From positions 1 through 33,133 of the forward strand of contig BDIP01000079.1 in NCBI GenBank assembly GCA_003568945.1: a stretch of 33,133 bases of DNA, written 5' to 3'. A program made the translations under genes and the position numbers. Shown piece after piece: positions 12,501 through 21,750 of the stretch. The stretch comes from Kipferlia bialata (taxonomy: Eukaryota). Within the stretch, counting starts at the first letter, position 1, and the number at the start of each line of letters is the position of its first letter. The notes beneath the pieces were generated by a model. The model was not told the origin of the DNA, searched no databases, and saw only the letters and a list, made by a program, of their open reading frames with translations.

Positions 12501-14452
12501 CAGCAGCATTGTGATCCAATACCGAGAGGGAGGAACGACAACGAGCCTTCCAGGGGTTGTAGTTCTCATCAGCACCATTCAGTAGGAGGGCTTTAAGCAT
12601 AGGGCCATTGCACCGCTCTAGCAGGGTAGTGGTGTCTCCTCTCTCACCGCTAGCATCAGGCACCTCATGCATCCTCTCACACACACTGGTTGTGAAGGCA
12701 TCCTGGCTCTCTCTATCCTTAAACACAGGATACTCCTTCAGTCTCTCTCTGTAGACAGGCATGAGTGTGAGGAAGTATGCAGCAGGGGGGGTGGCCACTC
12801 TGTATAGCACTGCCTCCCCCTCTAGGTATGACCCATGGAATCTGACCAGACATGACAGACTGGATACCATCTCAGGGACAGGGCGGGAGACATCCATGAC
12901 AACTACAAGGGGTCTAGAGTAAGAATAGTGAATGAAAAGGGGGGGGGGTGCGATCGAGGGAGGGAGGGAGGGATGATGTGAGAATATATATTGGGCATGA
13001 CCACAACAGGTGTCTAGAGTTAGAGGAGAGAAGGGGGGGGGGGGGGGGGGGGGGGGTTAGGAAGTAGGAGTATATATCAATATAGATACGCATAAACTCT
13101 GGTCCTATACATAAAAAACCCTGAGGCGATGGTAGGAAAGAGGAGATACTAGAGAGACATGGTGTACCTAGCGTGGTCCATTCCGTCCAGCTCGTGGTTG
13201 TCAGTGCACTGCACAAACATGCTGGGGTGAGAGAGAGACATAAGGGTTGAATACGAATGGACACATTATTGATACATTTGACACTACCGTACCGGCACTC
13301 CCCGTCAATGACGTTTGGCATGACTGTGAACACAGGGTGGTCATCAATGCGGCGGCCTGGGGTAAGGAGTGCATTGGTATATAATTGAATGGACACTCAA
13401 TGATAATGACCGACTCATCATCTGCGTCTCTGATGCTTGTCAATCCCAACCAGATACATATATATATATATATACATACACCACATACTATTCAACATGA
13501 CATACCATCTGCGTCTGTGATGATGTGCTTGTCACCATCCATCCATATATACATACATATATCATACTATATAATGCGACATACCATCTGCGTCTGTGAT
13601 GATGTGCTTGTCGCCAAAGTCACAGAAGAGACGTCCAGCCAGACCACTGACTGTGGCAACCACCAGCTTGACACCGCACTGTCTGCAGAGGGCAGAGAGG
13701 GGGGCAATGGCTAGGATCAGATAGGACAAGATGACATATGTGAATGCATATTATAGTGTAAATATATATAATCTGAAACTGTCTGCACAGGGCAGAGAGG
13801 GGGGCAATGGCTAGGGGTTAGGGGAGAGAGGGAGGGAGAGAGATGGGGAGAGAGAGAGAGATGACTGTCTGCACAGGGCAGAGAGGGAGGTGACACCTAG
13901 GGACAAGGGGAGAGAGACGTGTAAGGTATCAGAGGAACTCAACCAGACTCTGTACCAGTGGTATATGACAATCATTCAACCATAATCCTGATATATGGGC
14001 ATACCTGACTCTGTGCCAGTTCCTGTCTCAGAGGCCCTGCCCCATATAGTATATACATATATATACCATATATATATATATATATATATACATTACTCGC
14101 TGTCATACCTGACTCTGTGCCTGTGCCTGTCACTCATGGTAGAGTATATGTATATACAAAAATAATTATGTATATATACATATATTATCGGAGACAATAC
14201 ATACACTATAATACATATGGTATATATGTACCTGACTCTGTGCCAGTTCCTGTCTCTGAGGCCATGACCACGACACTGAAGGTGGACAGGAAGGCTGGGG
14301 TGAGTATATATATGAATATATATACTGGATACTACTATCTGTGTGGTATATGTATACTGTGATCGAAATACTGACACTGAAGGTGGACATGAAGGCTGGG
14401 GTGAGAGGCAGGCGAGAGATAGGTGTCGGGGGGGGGGGGGGGGGGGGGGAAA

Positions 14453-14498
<46 letters not shown>

Positions 14499-14835
14499 AT
14501 TATTATCTCCCAGTAAATATATATATATGAATCATAACCCGAGCTATATACATAGATTGGTGGGCATATCATAGGAATACACAAATCCGTAATGCCAGAG
14601 ACATGATAGTATTTCTGTATATAGCTCTAACTATCCGTATCCACACACCCACCGCCTCCTTGAAACTGGTATTGTACATAAAGAACACAAATACAACACA
14701 TAAACCTCATATAATGTTGATGATGGCACAGGTGAATATATATGTATTCGGTATCAAAAGTAATAGTCTGTGTCGCCTCCTCCTTCACTCCCGCGATACA
14801 GTACTCACATACTTAAAACCCTCCTCCACAGCCAT
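6568..14835 (-). CDS. Giant ~2125-aa protein: N-terminal UBA1 (E1) fragment, ~3 degenerate alpha/beta cassettes and an acidic/Pro linker
   Basis: Exons 14835-14813 and 14665-14649 (both speculative), then 14294-14232, 13710-13585, 13356-13293, 13221-13168, 12913-12341, 12217-9863, 9773-6944, 6840-6568. All introns are GT-AG and all phases match (6378 nt). The model unites the 186, 828, 942 and 112 aa ORFs. AATAGA lies at 6506-6511. Confidence 0.65.
13168..14294 (-). other. Four exons encoding a ubiquitin-activating enzyme E1 (UBA1) fragment: end of the inactive adenylation domain and start of FCCH
   Basis: Spliced: AFLSTFSVVVMASE...LSALCRQCGVKLVVATVSGLAGRLFCDFGDKHIITDADG...VQCTDNHELDGMD. UBA1 as recalled: DFLSGFQVVVLTN...[37 protein letters not shown]...VTCLDEARHGFESGD. 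Confidence 0.85.
13419..14404. repeat. Cluster of short direct repeats that copy exon boundaries into introns
   Basis: gacataccatctgcgtctgtgatgatgtgcttgtc at ~13499 and ~13578; ctgtctgca.agggcagagagg at 13679, 13779, 13865; acctgactctgtgcc at 14003, 14107, 14230; gacactgaaggtggaca.gaaggctggggtgag at 14272 and 14373. Confidence 0.9.
14428..14497. repeat. Poly-G tract (poly-C on the sense strand of the minus-strand gene)
   Basis: Directly visible homopolymer, interrupted once by aaagga. Confidence 0.9.
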
Positions 14836-15049
14836 ACAGCAAGAGGATCTACTTGCCCCTTAAGTAGTAGTACCTGTCTATAAATCAGGAGTGCTAATCC
14901 ACAGCAGCGGTACTGAAGGGGCTTGTACTCTCATTCTGGGCCAGAATTTCTGGCAAACAAAGGGTTCACTCCAATACGTGATCAGTGACGTAACGTTACC
15001 TCTCTCTCCTTTTCCCTTTACCCACTCAGCAGCATAGTCTACCTGTGCC

Positions 15050-15449
15050 ATGCCCGACCCAGACGCCTCAGCTGAGGATCCATCCATGTGGATATGCAAG
15101 GAGCCACCCTCCCACGTGCAGACGAAGACCCACAGGGTGCAGCGGGAGAGAGAGAGAGAGGGTCTGACAGTGGAGGTGGATCCAGCCATCAGGGTATGTA
15201 ATATTCTATTATCACTGAGTACTTGACAACAGGCGTTTGCCTAGGCTCTACTGTTTTTGTATCTTGTTGTTCGAGTGTGATATGTGGTGTATACGCGACT
15301 ATACACGCCCTCTACAATGATCGTGTGAAATGCAGTGAACCATCCTCACACAGATTGAGCGACCATGTAGTAGCACCCCCCCCCCCCCATACATATTCTA
15401 AGGACTAGTTATATGTCTAAGTGTATATCTGTCTATTAGGGTGGAACTA

Positions 15450-15496
<47 letters not shown>

Positions 15497-15505
15497 CCCC
15501 CCCCG

Positions 15506-15537
<32 letters not shown>

Positions 15538-16889
15538 ATTGTCTCACTTGCAGAGTGGCTTCAGACCATCGACCTTGTTGACGACGTCATGCCCTCCGAG
15601 GACGACCTGCTCAGTGCCAGCCACAGGGCTGCAGCCATTGCCTCCAGCTACGCAGGGGCAGACGGAGAGGGGGAGAAGGGAGAGAGAGAAGGAGACGCTG
15701 ACAAGGACGTCATCTCTGTCATGCTCCAGGTACAGTATCTCTCTGCTTCTGTTCAGCCTCTTTTGACCCCCTCTCCCACCCCCCTTTCTCACTGTGCAGG
15801 GTGCCCGTGGCATAGCCAGGGAGGCTGCCTCTTCTGCCTACCTCAAGATCTGCCAGACCCTAGCCATCCCCCCCACCCCTCTCTCCATCGAGAGTGGGCA
15901 GGGAGGAGATGCTGAGACCAGGGGAGCACAGGCCGAGGAGGCTGTCCCCTTCGTGGAGGACAGGCTCGAGAGGTCGACCCACCTCGACGGCACCAGAGGG
16001 GCACAGCTCGTGCAGGTGGGTCTATGTATGTGTACATATAGACATATCAATCAGAGTGACATGCTATCGTTGCTCTGTGCATTCCCGCGTACCATGCCTC
16101 ACCCCCCAGATCCTCGCCAGGCTTAGACACCACGTGGCAGAGTCTGCTGGTACCGTGGGATCCAGCGAGGAGTCCCCGGCCTCAGACGTTGATCTGCTGG
16201 CCGCCCTCGTGTGGAGGCTCATCTGCCACCAGGTACGTATATGGTATATTTTTATACACTATGTGCGTAGGTGTCTAGTCACTGTTGTAGGTGTGTCTCT
16301 GTAGCGTGCTTCGTCTGACCGTCCCTATTCCCTCCATGCCTCACCCCTCAGGAGGTCTATGCCTCCAGGCTGCTCCACTGCAAGGGTACGATCGGAGTCC
16401 TGTGCAGGCTGACCCAGGTGAGGGGTGCATGGCATAGTCCTTGACATATATCCTGCTCCTCCCGTCTCGTTGCCACTTACTCATTGTTCTACTTACTGTA
16501 TAATGCACCCACTGTCCCTGACACCAGGGCTATGCCGAGAGGCATGAGGAGGCCCTGTCCCAGTACCATGCCCGGAATGTGTCGTCACACACCCAGGCCA
16601 GGGAGGAGGCCTTTGCCACAACCAGACAGGCACTCAAGGAGAGAGCCTCTCTCCACGTGAGGTGGGTTGGCTCTATACTGTTGTTTTGCTGGTTCTTTAT
16701 CAGTCCTCTGTAAATCTGCACTCTCCTCCCCGTTAGTAGTGTGTATAGTATGCCCTTATACCAGGGCAGACCTTGCCGAGGCAGCCCAGAGGAACACCCA
16801 GCTGGAGCTGGACGAGGCACAGCAGGTGTGGTTGTATGCACGGCCACCCTCTCTTGGTACTCGAGGCCCTCTTGTGATATATATATATG

Positions 16890-16923
<34 letters not shown>

Positions 16924-19002
16924 GCTGACCCCAGGACCTGTCCGCACTCAGAGAGAGGATGCTGGAGCACGAGAACAGCAGATTCGCTGCTTACAAGAGG
17001 AGGATCAGAGAGGTAAGTTTGCCTGACCTTTCGCCTGCTTCTCTTTCCTCTTCTTTCCTCACCATTGAACCTGAGAAAGGGTACACTTGGCAGTGTCATA
17101 TAGCAGTACTCTTTCATTCTGATATGTACTGACACTCACCCCAGCTGAGAGAGGATCTGGGCAGGCACAGAGTGAGGGAGGGCGTGTGGCGGTCTCTGGT
17201 TGAGACCCAGCGTGAGTATGTGTCCGTCACAGAGCAGCTTGGGTCTGGGGGGGCCTCTCCCGCAGAGACCAAGGAGCTCATGGCCAAGAGGCAGCACTTC
17301 GACCACAACGCTAGGTGAGTGGGTGATGGGATGCAGACTCGTATGTGGCGTGTTCTCTTACCTAATGCCACCACCCATATTGGCCTGGTCTCACCCTCAG
17401 CGCCATGGTCCAGCAGCTCAACTCTCTCTTCGACTCTGCCGCCAACGAGCAGAAGAGAGAGAGGGACGCTGAGAGAGGAGGGGAGAGTGAGGGAGACTCC
17501 GACAATGAGGGGGATGTGCAGGTGAGTATCAATCTATTCCATTGTGAATTGACCAATTCACTGAGTCAGTTTGCTCAGATAACCTCAGGATATGCACTCT
17601 ACCATGCGTGCTCTCCGTAGGGAGACCCTGCACATGTCAGAGCAGCTCAAGAACAGCCACATAAGGGTGCAGGACCTACAGGCCATGGTTGCAGAGGCCG
17701 AGTCCAGAGCCAAGGTAGGGCGGGAGGGGGAGTGTTGGAGGCGTCCTCTCGTGCCATGGTCTCAATGGGTCTTTGGTCTCATTCTAGGATAGTGCCTATC
17801 TGGCCGAGGAGGCCAGTGGCCGCATCCAGTTCCTCGAGGGCGAGATCCAGAGGCTGTCTCATGAGCAGAACCAGGAACTGAGGTATCTCATTATACTGTG
17901 CCCTTTACTTGGCGTACAGTGTCAGTAGTAGTATTGATGAGGTCCCTAGAGTGTGTTCCATGTGTTCCACTCTATTTAGTGTCTTTGTGGCCCCTCTTAC
18001 ATCCAGCCTTGTCCGTGCACAGTGCACCAGGCAGAGTCAGGAGGTCACCAGAGTGCTCCAGACAGTGCCCCTTCTCAGGTACCCACATATATACCCCTAT
18101 ATTCTCAAGCACTGCTGTCGCTGATCTGGTGCATACTACTCCCCCCATCGGCCTCACCCTCACTGTAGACAGCTGGCCTGGACCCAGTCTCTTGGGGGGG
18201 TGGGTAATGCCGGGTCCGGGGACCAGGCCACCCCTGTGACTGACTCCGAGGGAGACAGAGAGAGGGCAAGAGAGGCCGAGAGGGTGTGGGCCAGTCCACA
18301 GGCCCAGGGAGAGCCAAGGAGTGCCTCCGCTGACAGACCCTCTGGCTCCAGGGTGTCCCTCCCCCGTGTCTCCAATGCCCCTCCCTCTCTGTCCATTGTG
18401 GACACAGTCGAGGCAGGCAGCGCTGATACAGTGAGGTATGAGGTGGTGTCCCAATCTCTCTCTTCCTGGCTATTCTCTCAAGTCTTACCAGCAGGGATCT
18501 GTCCAAGTCAGTGGCGCTGATGAGGTCATCCAGGATGCAGAGAGAGAGGGAGAGAAGTCTCCAGGAGGACTCTAGACCTGTTCAAGTATTCTCCCTCTCA
18601 GACTCTCAGCCAATGGGTGACCGCCGGGGAGTGTCGTCCAACATTGGCAGTGTTCTCACTGCCAAGGCTACTCCACCTGCCTCTGGAGACCAGACCAGGC
18701 TCCGGGAGAGGGAGATATCCCCCATCCACTCCCCCACCATCCAGCAGTCCATCTCCATCTCCCCATCTCCTTCCCCTTCCATTGTAGAGTCTCGGGAGGT
18801 GGTTGAGTCGGAGCGGGTGGAGCCTGACAGAGACGGGCCCCTGCCTGCGCCCTCCCTGCAGGAGCCGGGGTCTAGGGTGGGTTCGGACAGAGCTGGCTCT
18901 AGGGTCGGCAGAGCGAGAGGCAGGGATAGAGGTGAGGGCAGCGAGAGGCTCACCCTTCCTGTCTACTCTGGCTTTCGGTTCATGGCCGATGAAGAAGAGT
19001 GA
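15050..19002 (+). CDS. Multi-exon (~15) coiled-coil protein with a Ser/Pro/Arg-rich C-terminal tail; 5' end uncertain
   Basis: In-phase GT-AG exon chain from ~15554 to TGA at 19002 (e.g. DLSALRERMLEHENSRFAAYKRRIRELREDL; ASGRIQFLEGEIQRLSHEQ). The join from the putative first exon (ATG 15050) is not resolved. Confidence 0.7.
15453..15537. repeat. Poly-C tract in an intron of the plus-strand gene
   Basis: About 85 nt of C with two G interruptions, just upstream of an acceptor. Confidence 0.9.
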
Positions 19003-19288
19003 GATATGTGTATGAATAGACTTTGATAACATTGCTATCCGCAGAGATGGAAGAGGCACTGCTGGCCTCTGGGTAGAGATTCAGTGGCATGTTCCATAAG
19101 GACTGTCCCTATTGAGTTGAATAATTGACAGTGTGGCTCAATCGTGAGTCATCTCAGATGACTGATCTGAGTCACAGTGCGACTGTCAGTGTTCGACCGT
19201 CGAACAGTTCGACTCGAACTTCGACGAAATTGTGTTTGATCCTTTGGATAAGGGGTGTAGTTCAATAATCCCGACTCGTCCTTTCGAG

Positions 19289-19629
19289 ATGACATACACC
19301 CCCAAGGTGCAGGCCAAGAACGACTCTGTCATCATCGTTGACGATGTCAAGAAGCTCTACAAGAGCTCTAGGGACCTCTTCAAGAATGCTGACAAGCCCA
19401 CTGGTCCAGGTTTGTCTTGTAGTTTTGTTAGTGCCCTTTTGGCTCATTCAGCGGGCTTCCCTAGAGGAATCGTTTGTATGCTGCTATTCTCAAGTAATAC
19501 TAAGTATAATTAACCTCAGAGTACATGAAGAGTGTAATGGCCGTCTCTATTGGTGTTACTGCTGTTGGCTTCGCTGGGTTCTTTGTGAAGGCAGTCTCCA
19601 TCCCCGTTCTCCACATGCTTGGTTACTAA
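19289..19629 (+). CDS. SEC61G: Protein translocon subunit Sec61 gamma (76 aa, 2 exons)
   Basis: Exons 19289-19409 and 19520-19629 give ...LFKNADKPTGPEYMKSVMAVSIGVTAVGFAGFFVKAVSIPV, matching the Sss1/SecE pattern KPxxxE...IGF..MGFIGFFVKLIHIP. Confidence 0.9.
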
Positions 19630-20073
19630 GCTGCCCCTTGGTAGAATACAGTTGAGAAGGCTTGGAATCTGCGTTTAGAATATAAATTTTGTGTAATACT
19701 ATCGCTGTGCTACAGTGGCAACCTCAGCATGTTTCAGTGGTACTTTGGGTACTGCTGGCCTTGTGTGGTAGTCTCCAAAGACGACAGTAGTCCCAATGGG
19801 CACCGTTATTAGTTCCTGTGGCAAAGCGGAACCCCTGTTTGGAACTTAGAGAGAAGCCATCTGGTTCTGACATGTATATCGACTGATACTAATGGTGCAC
19901 ACCACTGCTATTGTTTTCGATGTTCGCTTGCAGAGCACCACCAGCACTTCAAGACACCTCTATTGTAGTAGTACTACATCACTCAATTGTTCACACTCTG
20001 TTACACTGTAACTCACAGAGAGACACATTCCAAACAACACACACGACTGAAATAGTTAAGAACTTCTATTATC

Positions 20074-20838
20074 TTACTCCTCGCTGAACCTGGCCTTGAG
20101 GTCGGGGCGGATGGCGGTCTGGGCCCACATATCGGGGGTCAGAAGAGAGTAGGAAGCCTGGAGGGCACGGAAGCATCCGAGGGCGGAGTTCATGAGGGTC
20201 TTGGTGTGACCGGTCTGGGAGGTGAACACATCCTCGACTCCAGCGAACTCAAGAACCTTGCGCACAATGTTGGAGGCAACGATTCCGGATCCACGGGGGG
20301 CGGGAACGAGACGCACGGACACAGATCCGCACTTTCCAGTGAGCTTGCAGATGACGGTGTGGGGGGCACCGAGACGGCCACCCCAGTATCCCATACGGAC
20401 GGGGGTGATGTTCTGCTTGGCGTTGTGGATGGACTTGCGGATGGCGGTAGCCACCTCCTTGGCGATTCCAACACCGTAGCCGATGTGGCCGTTGCGGTCT
20501 CCCACAAGGCACATAGCCCTGAAGCGAGTGCGCTGTCCGGCACGGGTCTGCTTCTGCACAGACTGGACCTTCAGCACCTCCTCCTCAAGCTCGGGCAGGA
20601 AGAAGTCAACGATCTGGTGCTCCTTGATGGGCATGGAGAAGAGGAAGATCTCCTCGATGGATCTGACCTTGCCAGCCTTAACAAGGCGACCAAGCTTGGT
20701 GGATGGTGTCCACACCTCCTCATCACGGCGGCCGCCCTTCTTCTTGTCGCGGCCCTGGCCCTTGAACCCCTTGCGGAAACCGGAACTCTCCTGGGGCTTC
20801 TCGGCGGTCTGTGCGGTGGTGGTGGTAGGCTCAGACAT
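20074..20838 (-). CDS. RPS2: 40S ribosomal protein S2 (uS5), 254 aa, intronless CDS
   Basis: Motifs WTPSTKLGRLVKAG, VQKQTRAGQRTRF, GKCGSVSVRLVPAPRGSGIV. The true ATG is at 20838, with a predicted 5'UTR intron at 20928-20840 (GTTTGT...ctcattccag). Confidence 0.97.
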   Translation of the reverse strand: MSEPTTTTAQTAEKPQESSGFRKGFKGQGRDKKKGGRRDEEVWTPSTKLGRLVKAGKVRSIEEIFLFSMPIKEHQIVDFFLPELEEEVLKVQSVQKQTRAGQRTRFRAMCLVGDRNGHIGYGVGIAKEVATAIRKSIHNAKQNITPVRMGYWGGRLGAPHTVICKLTGKCGSVSVRLVPAPRGSGIVASNIVRKVLEFAGVEDVFTSQTGHTKTLMNSALGCFRALQASYSLLTPDMWAQTAIRPDLKARFSEE

Positions 20839-21055
20839 ACTGGAATGAGAAAACAACAATAACTACACACCAGATGGTCATGCAAACACCACACAACACC
20901 CTAACGCACTACTAGCACCACTACAAACCTGAAAGGACACAAAAAGCCGGCGACTTCGATCAAGTGCAACGCTGCTCTTCTCACTGACTAAATGCAATTT
21001 GCAAATGACAAACCTTGAAACCTTTTTTTAGAGAATAGAAAACAATGTTTTTCAG

Positions 21056-21559
21056 ATGGCATTTGTCCTGTTTGAGCGGGTCCAGACAATGCACTGGTCT
21101 TTGCTGTTTCTAACAGCCAGTGTAGGTGAGTAGGTGAAGAGTAATTTGTTAGTGTGTACTGGTATCAAATGATGAAGAATATCCCTATCCTAGCTCTGGA
21201 CCTCTTAACTCTAGCGAAACATAGAGTCCATTGCATGTACTGAGGAGACTTTTTCTCTGAGTGATATGATAGTGCATTGTCACTGTATCAATGTCTCACC
21301 CTAGGTTGTGGTCTCGTGTTTGGGATCTTTCCAGCTGTTTATTGAACCTGTTTTCGTTGTGGTACATTGCCTCGTGTTTCGTATGGCGACGCATGATATA
21401 TGGGGCTCCTGTGGCCAGGGCGTGCATTGTCAGGGTGTGGGTCTCTCGCGCGGATTACTAATAAAGTGGATACCAGGGTACAATTGTGATCTGATGTCTC
21501 GGTTATGCTGCCCTAGTCAGGTATATTCAGTTACACTCAATACCACCGGGTTTGAATAG
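21056..21559 (+). CDS. Candidate small spliced gene (36-71 aa hydrophobic peptide) divergent from RPS2
   Basis: ATG at 21056, donors GTAGGT (21122) or GTGAGT (21126), consensus acceptor ctcaccctag (21304), a possible second intron at 21362-21466, and AATAGA at 21555-21560. No homology recognised. Confidence 0.3.
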
Positions 21560-21750
21560 ATAGAGTGAACATACCACTTGGCTCAACAACAAATCCTCAT
21601 GAGAACTGCCCTTATGCAACATACACTGATATATATGACACACCAACGACCATCAATGCATCCCAGAACATAAGGATCTGTCTATTATGAGATCCCCAAA
21701 CAACAAAGCAATGTCAAAATTGCCACATCCTCAGCAGCAAGTCACTGAAC

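Noticed and set aside
13419..14404. Spaced ~30-35 bp direct repeats resembling a CRISPR array
   Set aside because: Several different repeat units, microsatellite spacers, eukaryotic context and no cas genes; the units are exon-boundary copies.
14093..15915. Poly-Pro and poly-Gly ORFs (formin- or extensin-like)
   Set aside because: Translations of intronic homopolymer tracts.
19190..19228. Heat-shock element
   Set aside because: GAA/TTC spacing does not fit alternating nGAAn pentamers.
20839..20859. N-terminal extension MLFSHSS of RPS2
   Set aside because: Non-ATG start lying in the 3' end of the predicted 5'UTR intron.
20206..20862. 218-aa plus-strand ORF
   Set aside because: Antisense shadow of RPS2.
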